64,000 nucleotides of DNA from Gekko japonicus. Lineage: Eukaryota. Under the pieces are notes generated by a model. The model ran no database searches. It worked only from the letters and a program-made list of their open reading frames with translations, and was not told where the DNA came from. How positions within the stretch are numbered: position 1 is the first letter of the stretch; each line of letters starts with the position of its first letter. The DNA lies in assembly GCF_001447785.1 (NCBI RefSeq), contig NW_015170276.1:79280-143279 (forward strand), given 5' to 3'. Positions 50,820 to 63,105 of this stretch are shown here, piece by piece. Position numbers and translations under genes: made by a program.

Positions 50820-51895
50820 GGTTTTTTTGGGTTGTTTACTTTCACAATTTTTTCGAAAGTCTCTAAATATACGCTTAAACGCTCGAACACTCCTTGGTAA
50901 GTACTTCTTAACAGTTTTAACTGCTTATTCTTCTGCTCCCCCCCTCATTCGCTCAAAAGTTCATGCGCTCAGGAGGCGTCCCTCCCTCGCTAGGCTAATT
51001 CTCTATTGCGTAGTTAGGGTGGGGAGCTTTCTTTTTTCTTTAATCAACGCTTAAACAACTCACGTTCATAAGCAGTCCTCAGACCTCGTTTACTTTCAGT
51101 TTTTTTTTTTTAAACGCTCGATCTCCTGCGCTTGCCCCGGTTAGCGTTGCTTAAGTCCATTTGGTCTCTCAGCACGGAAAACCGTCAGAACGGAGAGGCA
51201 CCTCAATTCTCCGGCATTCCGCCATCGAAGAGGCAATCTCTCAGAAGTTCCATGGCCAGAGTCCCTTCAACCGGGTCTCTGGGGGGGTGTCGAACCTGCG
51301 CACTTCCTCCTTTGGCTGGAGCGCAGCTTTACCCCCGGGAGGTCCGGGAGGTGAGTCTGCTCTAGCGCGCCGCCATCACCAGAAGACAAAGACAAAATTG
51401 TTAAATGCATAGAAGAAGGAGCCTTGCTGAAGAGGCAATCAGGATGACTTCTGTAAGGATAAGCCCTGCCTCAAGCAACCTCTTATAATTATTTGTAAGT
51501 ATATAGACAAGGGTGACCCAATAGGTACTGTATTCTTGGACTTTCAAAAGGTATTTGACAAGGATCTTCACCAAAGGCTTCTGACAGGGTGGTCTTGGTA
51601 ATGATCCTCTGGGGCCCTAGGCTCAAGCAAGGAGTGGCCCTCGTCCCATGCAATGTGGGCAGACACGTACAGCTTAGCTGGCTGCCGCCAAAGCCCCAGT
51701 GGGGCTTGGCATATACAGCCACCACTGAGATGGCTATCTGAGAGCTGGAGGGAGAGGGTGTGAGTGGCTGCAGAATGGCCTGCTTTCGCTCTCTCCCCCC
51801 TCCGTTGGTGGGCAAGGCCGTGAGCAATTTCCCCATATACCCCATGACTAAGACCACCACATTGCCATTCCCAGCCTCTGTGTAGACACCCTAAA

Positions 51896-51977
51896 CTTCC
51901 TTGGTGGTCTCTCATCCAAGTACTAATCAGGGGTGACCTTGTTTATGAGATCAGGCTATCCTGGGATATCCAGGTCA
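51896..51977 (-). mobile_element. 5S rRNA-derived SINE head (degenerate)
   Basis: ggtctctcatccaagtactaatcagg matches the reverse of the 5S internal control region (ggtctcccatccaagtactaaccagg), with deletions. Confidence 0.65.
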
Positions 51978-52057
51978 CAGTGGCCACTGCCTTAGCTTTA
52001 AAAGAGGGTCGGACAAATTTACAGATAATAGAACTCTTGTTAGCTAATAGCTATGAT

Positions 52058-53805
52058 ATTTTATTTTATTTATGTCATTTATAGTCTGCCTTTCTCACTC
52101 TCTCAAGATGGATTGCACAGCATGAGACAAGTTAAATGAACAGGAATAGGATGTTCAATAAACAATACAATAGAGGTTTGGATTGCAGAAATCTGAAAAA
52201 CAATTAGAAATATGATAACAAAGCAGAAACCAAGCAGAAACTTCATGCCACATTTAATGGAGCAGGAATTATATAGCAGAGTCATACTTAACAGCAACAA
52301 GAGGATACAGATAGGACACTGTAGTACAGTCAACTCAACCTGTCTCTTTACCAAAAGATCTTTATGAAAAAAAAATTCATTACAGTATAGTTCTATTACT
52401 GGGGTAAAAAAGCTCTCTTGAGTAATTCCGTTTTGCACAGTTTGTGAAAAGCCAGGAGGGTGGGAGCCTTCAGGCCAGGCATTCCACAAGACAGGGCCAT
52501 TCCACAAGGTGGGGGCTGCAACAGAGAATGCACATGTATGGGCAGTTGTTGATTTTGCCCATTTGAAGCGTGACACCTGCAGAAGGCCCTGCTCAGTAGT
52601 GTGAAACTGTCATGGTGGAGCATAGAGGGAGAGGCAGTCCTGGAGATATGAGGAACCTTGAACTGATGAGCAGCCAGAAGAGTAATCACAAAATCAGAGT
52701 AATATGCATGGTCTGCCTAGTTCCTGATAATAAATGACTGTGGCATTCAGCAGCAACTGGATTATCCGAGTTGACTTTGAGGGGGAGACCTATGTAGAGT
52801 GCATTATAGTAGACTAGTCTCAATGTTACTATGGCATAGATTCAGGTGGCCAGATCAGCCATGTCATGATAGTGTGCCCTCTTGTGGGCAAGACTGAGTT
52901 GGAAGAAAGCTGGGGGGGGGGGGGGGGCAGCTGCATTAATTTGCTTCTCCAGCAGCAATCGAAGTGGGAAGCACAATAGCTTCTAAGATCTCTGCCTTAT
53001 CAATCAGCATTACTTCCATCTTGTCCAGGTTCGTTTTCAATACGTTCACTTTTAGCCATTTGACTGCAGCAATCAGGCAGTGGTTCAAGAACCAGGGAAT
53101 TTGGATAGAGACATAGAGCTATTATCTCTAGTTCCAAAGCTATGAATGATTTGTCCTAACAGTTTTACATAAAGGTTGAATGACATGGGGGATAAGATTG
53201 GGCCCTGTGGAATCCCACAAGACAACCCCCGTACTGGATACCTGGTCTCCAATGGCAACCCTTTGAGTATGGTCCATGAGTAATGATTTAAACCAGTCCA
53301 AGGCACATCTCTGTATACTGATTTCTGCCTCCAAATGCTTCAGCAAGATGGCATGATCAAATCTGTGTCAAAGGCTGCAGACAGATCTGATGGGAGCAAC
53401 AAAGATGCATGGCCTTAGTCCACATTTAGAGGTCATCAGTTAAAGGCACCAAAGCCACCTCAGTCCTATAGCCCAGACTGAAACCAGACTGAAAAAGGTC
53501 CAGAGCACATGAGTTATCCTGGGGCTGGTGTTCTATAGCTCTTTCAGTCTCTTTGCCCATAAAGGGCAGATTGGAGACTGGGTGATAACTGGTCACATCG
53601 TTTTACTGCAGGGATTTTTTAAAAAGTAGTAGACATGATTGGCCAAGCAAAGGTGCCCTGAATTAATGACTCTCTTATGACAGTCATCAAGGGCTCATTA
53701 ATGTAGTCCTTACATGGTTTTAGCAGCCAGGACAGGCAAGGGTCCAGTGCACAAGTGGTGGTCTTCTCATACCCAAGGACCCTTTCAGTATTCACCAGGG
53801 TAACT
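52058..53805 (-). mobile_element. Older L2 LINE, RT region and 3' end
   Basis: CGIPQGPILSPMSFNLYVK, ALDWFKS.L..HTQRVAIG and AFSVAAPTLWN fragments; multiple frameshifts. Confidence 0.85.
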
Positions 53806-53808
53806 GGA

Positions 53809-54003
53809 GGGGCTGTGGCTCAGTGGCAGAGCATCTGCTTAGCATGTAGAATGTCCCAGGTTCAATTCCAGGCATCTCCAGTTAAAAGGATCAGGTAGGA
53901 GGTGGTATGAAAGAGCTCAGCCTGAGACCCTGGAGAGCCACTCCTGGTCTGAGTAGACAATACTGACTTTGATGGACCAAAGGTCTGATTCATGTGTTCA
54001 TGT
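53809..54003 (+). mobile_element. tRNA-headed SINE with CR1-type tail, nested in L2
   Basis: Homologous to 31737-31945. Confidence 0.75.
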
Positions 54004-56009
54004 GACCAAAATGGTCCGCAGACCAAACGACATATTAAGCATTTCTTCTGCTTGGTCTATATTACAGCCACTATCCAGATCAGAACGTATTTGTGTATTT
54101 ATCAGCAAAAAACTTCATAAATGTGTCACAGCTGATTGTCAGTTCCTGAGAGAGTTAAAGGTGCAGAATCAGGAGTTAGCAGATGCTGCGATACTTAAAA
54201 TAACTATGATGATCATGAATTAGCCGATGCAGTGGTTGCAGAGAAATAACCTTTCTTTGCCACTATCACTGCTGCTTCACAAGTCTTCCAATGGGCTGTA
54301 TAGGATGTTCTGTGTAGAATTCAGTGCATTCTCTGCCAGTGTCTTTCTAAACATCTTTTGGCTCTCTTTAGGTCACCCACCAACTCCATGGTAAACAATG
54401 GGGTTAGCTTCTACCCCAAGGACAGGAGGGGTCAATGAGGAGCAGTCCTGTCAAAAGTTCCAAGGTGCTTCACATTCCAAGCTCCCACTGCAACCTCAAT
54501 AAAATGTGTTTGGAATCCTAAAATCCCCCCAAGCACTTTGGAATCCAGAAGGATCCAGAAGCCTTCATGGGTAGACCACTTTGTTTGGGGCCCCCTTTTG
54601 GTGTGGGGGGTGTCAATATCATATTCACGCCTGCCTTCCCTAGAAAATCATCATACCATGGTTCAGGTTGAATTTCCAACCCTGAAACAAGACCTCCCCT
54701 CAACGGTCCAGTGCCAAGGTTCATGTGTTCAGCCTGTTACAATCTGAGATGGACCCAGGGTAGCCAAAGAAATTATAAAATCCTGTGCCATCCCTGGTTA
54801 GGAGCATTGAATTGTGAAGTCACACCAAATAATCAATCTAGGAGTCTCTAGCACCATATTTAAGACCACAGTGTATGTCTGGTGGAAATGTGCAAAGATG
54901 AAATGCTTTTGCACACTAAGCAGGTATCATATCAATAAAATAACAAGTTGTTCTATTCCCTTGTAACCCAAAATAATTCTCGTGGGAGTTTTAGATAATA
55001 CTACAAATCAGACATGAAATCATAAGACTGTTATTAAGAGTAGCCAAACTCTTAAAAAGTGTAACCCCCCCCCCCAACCTCACATTGCAAGCAGGTATAG
55101 TGCAATGTGGGAAATCATTTCGGTGGGTGGGAAAATCCCAGTTATACCTCAATTGTTTTAGAACACTAGTTCCTCTTTATTTCATATGTAGATCTGTGAA
55201 AGAACGTTGTATGAACATCTAAATGTAAGGCTATATATGTATTTGTGTGTGTATGAAAAAATAATTTTATTGTATACTTAAAATGCATCATAATTTAAAG
55301 ACAGCACAATGGACTGTTGACAAGAACTTTATCATAAGAGTTTGTTTTCCATCTTTATAACAAGGCAGAAGATGGGGCGTATGTAATGTCTGGGCAATTG
55401 CTGTCCTTAGTTTTAGTATGTCCCCAACATTTCATGTCCTTTGTAAAATAGGTCCTATTCCTTTATTTTAGGACCCTCTGTTGTTGTAAATCTCTTACAA
55501 TTTCAAGTTCAAAAATAAAGGTTTTGGATTTTTTAAAGATGCTGGTGAATATTCAGCCGGTAAGAGCTGGAATTCACAATAACCCAGGCAGATAGGTCAG
55601 GCTGAGAGACAACTGTTCCAAAGTGAGCTTCATGGCAGAAAGAAGAGCTGGAATTTGGGACTTTCCACTCTGGACATATCAAGCCAGCCAGCCACTACAC
55701 CACACTGGCATTCCATAGCATTAACATAAGAACATGAGAGACGCCAATGTTGGATCAGGCCAAAGGCCCATCCAGTCCAACACTCTTCTGTGTCACACAG
55801 TGGCCAGAAATACCAGTGCCATCAGGAGGTCCACCAGTGGGGCCACATTAAATGTAGACACAATTCAAATGATTTGAAATTGGTTCCTTTAATTTTTGTT
55901 TATGTTATTACTTAAACTCGTTTCATTATAACTGAGTAAAAAATGGAAACTCGATTCAAATATAGTTACTAAAATAAAACGAAAACTCTAATCCAGCACT
56001 TCCATTTGC

Positions 56010-56945
56010 AAGAGGCGCGGTTGTCTCCCCCGCGACTGAACTAAAACCTCCAGCGGGCCAGGCCAGCGCAGGTTCGAGCAAACGGAACCGGGCGAGGCCG
56101 TGGCTAGCAAGGGGTCTCCTTCCGGCCCTTTTGTGCAGGCATTGCAAGCGCCTCGCCTCACCTCCGCTTTCCCAGCTCGGGGAGGCGCGCCTGAACTTGA
56201 AACAGAAGGTGCCGCTTGGGGGCGGGCGACGAGGTCGTTCGGCATGGAGCTGAGGGCGGCGTTGTTGTGGACGAGGAAGGCGGCGGCGGCGGCGGCGGAG
56301 GGGCAGTGGGCGGGGGGAGCGGAGTAGGCGCCGCCTGGCCGCTCTTGCGCTCCCTCGCCGGCGGGCGGGATAAATGCCGAAATCGGGGCGGTAGCTCTGC
56401 TTAGTAGCTCAGGCGAGTGGTGGGAGGAAGAAGCCGTGCAGCTGCTGGTTGGTCTGAGGAGTCGCGTCTCAAGCGAGCTGAGGTGAGAGCAGTTTAGCCC
56501 GCTGGGATTCTGCCGGCGCCCCTGAGGGCTCTAGGCGCCCTTCTCCGCCCTCTTGTAACGGTGTGCCCTTCCCCTTGCGCTTTAACCTCCGATTTCCGTT
56601 TATTGTCCGGGTGAGGGGAGCTCTCTAACCGCCCCCCCCCCCCCCCCATTCCCCCGCATATTTAGGTTTCGCTCGCTCCTCTTCGAGGGTCCAAGTTAGC
56701 CCCCGCCCTGGTGGTGGCGGCGGTGGTGGAGGGGGTAGCCGCTTCCACGAGAACTCTTTGTAAGGCACTAACTACACCGGTGCCCCTCACGAGTAGAGAA
56801 GTTTGCTTGTTCTCTCTCTTTACGGCTGTTCCCTTGTTCGGCTTCTCTGAATGCAGCGGGGTGGTTGAGTTTGCGGGCTTTGGAGGGGAAGAGAAACACT
56901 GCTCGGTTTCTAAAAGCTTAATACGCAGACGAGCGTGTGCCCGAC
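56010..56945 (+). promoter_or_regulatory. CpG-island promoter with probable non-coding first exon ending at 56482 (gag|gtgaga donor); gene unidentified, rest of window likely intron 1
   Basis: Very high GC/CpG content, GC boxes, (GGC)6 tract at ~56279-56297, consensus 5' splice site, then T-rich intron-like sequence. Confidence 0.75.
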
Positions 56946-59900
56946 TTCTGTGCTTGAATTTACAAAGGCTGGAGGAGTAGAGGCTGTTTCCTCCCTCCTG
57001 CTAAAGGCTATTTCAAAGGACTAGAGGCTATACTGGCTGCACAGCGCTTTTCTTCTCTCTCATCAGTCTAGCTAAAGGTGCCTGTTACCCGGACCGCTAA
57101 CAAGTTTCCTCGTATATCATTCAGAAGCGTTTAGAAAGAAGATTGCCATAATTTTTGTCTTTAAGACTTTCTCCCCCCAAATACATTAGTATTATAGACA
57201 GGATTAACTAACTGCGTCTGCACATCATTGGCTATCGTTCTATTGCTGCATCCTTGCAGCTGGGTTGCCATATGTGGATGGACCCTTCCAGTTGCAAATG
57301 ATCTCTGTAGAGCCGCAAGAGTGCATGGATGCATGGATGCATTTAGTCACCTTTATATTTCCTTTACCTCCTTTGCCTTCCTCCTTTACCTAACTGTCTG
57401 CTTCTTTCTTTGGGCTACTGTAACCTTGGGAACTAATCTCTCTTTTTGCCTATCCCCTTGCTACAGGCAAGCAATGCTTTATTAGTATAGGGTAGGGCAT
57501 CAGGTGAACGAGCATGGTTTCTGGTCGTGGAAACAGGTGACTGATTAAAAAGTAGAAGTCTAGTTCCTGTTCCAGGAGTTTTAAAAATCTCACACAGAGA
57601 TCCTTCTTGATTTGGTCTGGTTTTGCTTGCATAATCTTGGTTTCCTCTTACAATAGCTGTGGTCTGTAGTAGAAACCTGTGACAGTCTTTGGAAGAGTCT
57701 CCCAGCCTGCCAGCATAAGCCTGTGCTTTTTGCCAGGACTATACACATTGTAGATGCTCTGATAATTTGCAAGTTGTCATCACTTGCTCCATCTCCTCTT
57801 GCTATACTGTGTAGGCAGACATTCTTGTTTACCTCTGTAAAGTATTTGAAAACCTTCAGTTTTTCAGCTTTTCTCATGGCAATAAAAATGGCAGTAATGC
57901 CACTTAGCACAATGAAGGTCTAGTAGTAGAGAGTGCATTTAAGAAACAGCAATTGATTCCTCGGTCAGGATTGGAAAGGGGAAATATTTGTAGGTTAATG
58001 CTGATGAATAATATCTTTGCCAGTGTTCAGAATATTTCATTCATTGGTACCAGTATGGGGTCGGTTGGTTCCCCTTGCTTTGTGTGAGGAAGTTTCTATG
58101 CTTAGAAATGGGGGCATGCAGCATTTTATTTGTGAAGTAATTGTGAAACTGAATTTGTTTGAAATTTGAACTCGTGCCTTGTGATACTAAATGGTAGGAG
58201 CACAATACAACTGGCCTGTCTGCTGTGCCTAGGTTTCTGTAGCATCCTTTTGTTCCAAAGGAAATAGAGAAATGATTTACATACAATTAGTGTAGTGCTC
58301 TCTTCTTGTTCTCTTATACTTTATTCTTGTAGTTAAAATTTTGACCCTGACCTGCAAGAATATGTATTTATTATGTAAAGTTGTATGCAATATTTATGTA
58401 ATTCACATATACCCTGCCTTTCTCCCGAATCGGGACGCAAAGCAGCTTACAGGTTACATCATTCTCCTCTCTTTCATTTTATATTCACAACAGCCCTGTG
58501 AGGTAGGTTAGGCTGAAGAGAGTGTGACTGGCCCAGGGTTACCCAGCAAACTTCCATGGCATGAATGGGGATTTGAACCTGGGTCTTCCAGATATTAGTC
58601 CAGCACTTCTAACCACTGCACCATACTATCTCTCAATTTAGTATTGCTGTAGTATAGAAAGTTAGTTTTATTTTGTGGGCCTTCTTTCTGTCCCTCCTCT
58701 ATGCATAGCTCCCAAAAATTCCTGACAGAAAGTTTTGGGTACATTTCAGGGGGTAATGGAAACATGAGTAGTTTAAAAAGCATGTTAGTGAAAAATAACT
58801 TGACAGCTTCTGTATAAGGCTTAACTATTCAGGATGTGTTTTTGACAGTGGTTTTATAATAAATCTGCTATTTGACCAGCATGTTGCACATGCAGTACAT
58901 TGAACAAACATATGAGACCAGCTCATTTGAGGATGTGGTCAGCCTTGGAATTAGCAGAGGATGTGGTTGCTGCCCCTACTAATCCAAGGCTGAAGCTGTG
59001 TTAAAGTCAAAAATATGATGTAGTTCAGTTGAACATAATCTGTTTCGAAAGAACTCCTTAGTATTAGGAAATCTATTCCAATGACATGTTGCTCAAACAT
59101 AAGACAAGTGTATAGAGACTAGATATTTCTTGACTAAATACATAGACAAGGTACTGCAACCAAGAACCAATTTATCTGGAATGTAATTCTCGAAAACTAC
59201 ATTTTGATGGCACTACCACCTTCAGTGTTGATTGTGTGCTGTTTTCTTTCTTAATTGCTGATGCATTTCACTCTGGGCTTATCAGCCCCTTCAGGCAGCC
59301 TACCTATGCTGAACCTCTTGCCTTCTCTGCCAGTGGGAAACTAAAGAATTAATCAGAAATAGGATGAACCTTTTGTTCGCTTTGTCATAGAACTGGAATG
59401 TCTTTCCCAGTTAAAGTTTGGCAAGGCTCTTGGCTCTCCAATTTAACAAGCAGTCACTGAAAGCATCTTTTGAGAAACTGCTCAGAGTGAAGAAATAGGT
59501 CAGCCACAGAATGCATGTTCAAGGAAGGCAATATTTCTTTTATCCACACCATTTAAAGAGTCTACCTTAAGTGCTAAGTCAAAAAAGAAAAACTGTAATG
59601 CAACAAAAAGGCATGAATATATAGATAGCATTTATAGTTCCCAAAGACAATTGTGGAGGTGTTTGTAGCTTTTGGTCTGGACTCAGCTTTGAAACAGGTG
59701 TTTGCAGTATCCTCATCTGTTGCATTTCAGTGGAAACCATTTGACAGACAGATCTTCTGTTCTGTAGCCAGTAATCTGTATAGCTTTTAGTGTGATAAAA
59801 CCATTCTTGCTCTAAGGTTGCTAGTTTCATTGGACAATGCAAAGATTGGTTATTTAAAAATAACTTGAGATGATGTTTGTGGCTTGCTAAATGGTATGTT

Positions 59901-60070
59901 GAGTTTGGCTTCTTTAAATAGTTTGTTACTATGTCTTTCTGAAGATTTGGACTGGACTAACTCTGTACTCAAAGACCTATTCCCTTAAACACACTGTTTT
60001 AAGAAGTCCTTGATCTCTAAAACTTGAGCCTTCAGTTTTGACATGGTCTCTCTCTCTCTATATATATATA

Positions 60071-60412
60071 GGCTCAAGTGGTTAAGATGCTGAACTGCAG
60101 GCTGTGGAAGGTCAGTAGTTCAGCAGTTTGAGACCTGGGTGCCGCATGATGGAGTGAGCTCCCATCTCTAGTTCCAGCTCCTGCCAACCTAGCAGTTCGA
60201 AAGCAAGAAATTGCAAGTAGATAAATAGGTACCACTTCGGTGGGAAGGTAACAGCGTTCCGTGCGCCTTGGTGTTTAGTCATGCCAGCCACATGACCACG
60301 GAAACGTCTTCGGACAGCGCTGGCTCTTTGGCTTTGAAACGGAGATGAGTTTCAAACCCTAGAGTCGGATTCGACTGGCTTTCGAGCAAGGGAACCTTTT
60401 CCTTTACCTTTA
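60071..60412 (+). mobile_element. Full-length Sauria SINE
   Basis: tRNA-like head agtggttaagatgctg, conserved body, acctttt/cctttacct tail. Confidence 0.9.
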
Positions 60413-62851
60413 TATATTGTTAGCTGCTTTGTTCTTGTGAACAGGTAAGTGTGCTTGGAATTTGCTGATACATTCAGTACTTTTTGACAAGCTTCTAAAA
60501 AGAATATGATCTTGATTTAGGCCTTATGGTTGGTTTAGGAAGAATTTATTGAGAATTACTAGAATATAACACACGGTTGCAGGGTGAAAATGTTTCATTT
60601 CATAACTAAGCATCATGATGACGCAGCATAGTTAGCATGACTGAATGCTGTGCCCAACATCTGTAACATGGCAGGAGCCGACATCTGACCGAAGCTTACT
60701 TCTGTATCAAAATCTGATCAGCCAGTCACAAACTAAAATGCCCTAGCTCAGTGTGCATCCAGATGGCAGGTATAATGTGATTCCAGTGTAACTGAAGGTG
60801 CAGAGTGGGCACCTTGCCAAAAAAGAGGCGTATTTTTATATTGAGCACTACAGTCATTTTATACTCATCATTTTAAAACACTTTTAGTGAAAGTCCTCAT
60901 CACTGGCTTTCATTTTGAGCCATCATTTTAGGAATGGCTTAGGATAAAGGTTTCCTTTTCATAACATTATTGCTCTAAGATGTATGACCAGATAAGCTTT
61001 TGTGTATGCAGTAGACTTCAGTGAACAAGAGTCACTGAACAGTTTGTATACTGTAGCTGTAAATAAGATTCTAGATTCAATAGGGGAAATATGTCAATTT
61101 TCATGCTCCTGTTCAGAAAAATATTGGACTGTTATGCTGCAATGAAGCAAGTATGTAGCTTTGGACGGTAATGAAATATTTCTTGAAATTTGTTTTGGTT
61201 AGTATAGACAATTGTTAAATCAAAAACTATATAACATAGCTGCATTTTTCTTCCAGTGGTTATTGGTGTTCCACACAAAGTACCTTATACCTTTTTACTA
61301 ATTAGGGTGTGGATCAGACCTGCTGTTTTAAATGTATCCCAAGGTTGAAGAAAATGCCTTGTTCATATGATGAGAGAAAACTCATTCCTACTATTCAAGT
61401 GATATCAGGTTTTTTTTATCATGAATAATAAATGAGGTGCTGAAAATATCTTGAATTTGTTCAAGTCAAGATGAAATGGTGTGTTATTATTTATTATTGT
61501 TATTATTACTAACTTCATTTATAGTCTGCCTTTCTTACTGGGACTCAAGGCAGATTGTAAATATGGTAAGAACTATTCAGTCAATCAGCAAACAAATTAC
61601 AAAGTATTATAAAAACATTTGACTCTAGCCGCTAAGATTCCTAATGGAACAGAATATTGCAATGGTGCTGGACAGATTACAGGATTGAGAAAGACTATTC
61701 AATCAGTCAGCAAGTGGAGTACAAAAATATGATAGAACAATTCAGTCTAACAGCAGACATTCTTAATAAAACACAATAATGCAGTTTGACTGAGACTGAG
61801 GAATTTAAAAACAACACAAGCAAACAAAAAGTCGTCTGAGGCGCCAAACAGTAGCTCTTATATAACAGTAACTGTTATATAAAACAATTCGATATAATAC
61901 CATTAAATTTGACAAGTTTTTTAATAAAACAAAATAGAAGGAAACACAAGAAAAATGTAGATATATGTCTCTGAAAAGATTAGTGTTCTGAATATTTAGT
62001 ATAGGAAAGCATCTGAACATGAAGTGCACCCTCTGGTGTCTGCAAGTTGGATAAAAGAATTCTCTGTGTATTCTCTGTTTAAAAGTCAATTGAAATATTT
62101 TAAAGTATGAACAGTTACTTCCTATTCAATGATGCCTGCATCTAAATGTTTATTTTGCTAATGGTGTTCTGTAGTCAGACACATGTATCCGACATTCCAA
62201 TTGGAGCCCAACTCCACGCTAAGCCCAATAATAAGGAAGAAATCTTCTTTCTTCCACCTCTCATTTCACATCTATGGATCTTCTGATTTAGGTTCTTCAC
62301 CTAGTTAAGACACCCTTAAATCTCAACAGTGTTGCATAAACTGATACACAAATCTGAATCTGAAGGTCATTTGTTATCATGATTTCTTCATGTTTTTTGT
62401 TACGTTCTCATAGACTTTTGTTGGTTTGAAAGGAAAAAGGGTGGGGAGTCATACTGAATTATAAATTAGCTAGGTTTAACGTCTGCTGAAATTATCCAAA
62501 TATGCGAACCATTAAGTATCAAGGTAGATATTGGGAGGAGTAAGTGAAGAGATCCCAATGTACATACATGTGTCTTGTCCTTGTGCAAAGTGGGAGAAGG
62601 CTTTTACTTCCCATTTGCCTCACTTTTGGCAGTGAATATAAACAGGTTGGTGAATATAAACAAACATGGATCCTCCTGTCACAACTACTAGTCTGGACTC
62701 TGTGATGAATGGGCATAGCAGTGCAAATTTAAACATATAAATGGACTCTAATGGTGATGGTGGCACGAGTGATTAGGAAGAAGGGCCACACAAAACTTCT
62801 GTCTGAGGTAATTGTGGGAAGGTTTGTGACTCTAGAAAAGAGTGGCAGTTT

Positions 62852-63105
62852 GCCAGTTTGGTGTTGTGGTTAAGAGTGGCAGACTCTAATCTGGAGAACC
62901 AGGTTCGATTCCCCACTTCTCCACATGCAGCTGCTGGGTGACCTTGGGACAGTCACAGCTCTCTCAAGAGCAGTTCTCTCAGAGCTCTCTCAGCCCCAAC
63001 TACCTCACAGGGTGTCTCTTGTGGGGAGAGAAAGGAAAGGAGATTGTAAGCCGCTCTGAGACTCCGGGTGAAGGGCGGGGTATAAATCCAGTCTCTCTTC
63101 TTCAT
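62852..63105 (+). mobile_element. tRNA-derived SINE (Squam3-like)
   Basis: Same head, body and tail as 5016-5272. Confidence 0.85.

Larger units (their letters stand above)
48969..51387 (-). mobile_element. Full-length ORF1-only L1-derived element (HAL1-like), copy B
   Basis: 5'UTR 51387-50820, ORF1 50819 to ~49281, ~300-nt 3'UTR, ATTAAA, hairpin and poly(A). TSD aaagaca(g/a)aatt at 48957-48968 and 51388-51399. Confidence 0.8.
48500..51583 (+). mobile_element. CR1 ORF2 fragment (48500-48968 and 51388-51583) split by the ORF1-only element
   Basis: EDWQIANVP.IF.K...ESVIKDR|IVK.IE.. continues across the insertion to ..YLDFQKVFDK. Confidence 0.8.

Noticed and set aside
51896-51977. Functional 5S rRNA gene
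   Set aside because: Partial, with deletions and substitutions relative to 5S.
55081-55109. Hairpin cacattgca-N11-tgcaatgtg containing a miR-130/454-like seed (agtgcaa)
   Set aside because: The stem is far too short for a pre-miRNA and the seed lies in the loop/arm junction.
60442-60450. Perfect donor CAG|GTAAGT just after a Sauria SINE as an exonised SINE
   Set aside because: No matching acceptor identified, and one such 9-mer can occur by chance.
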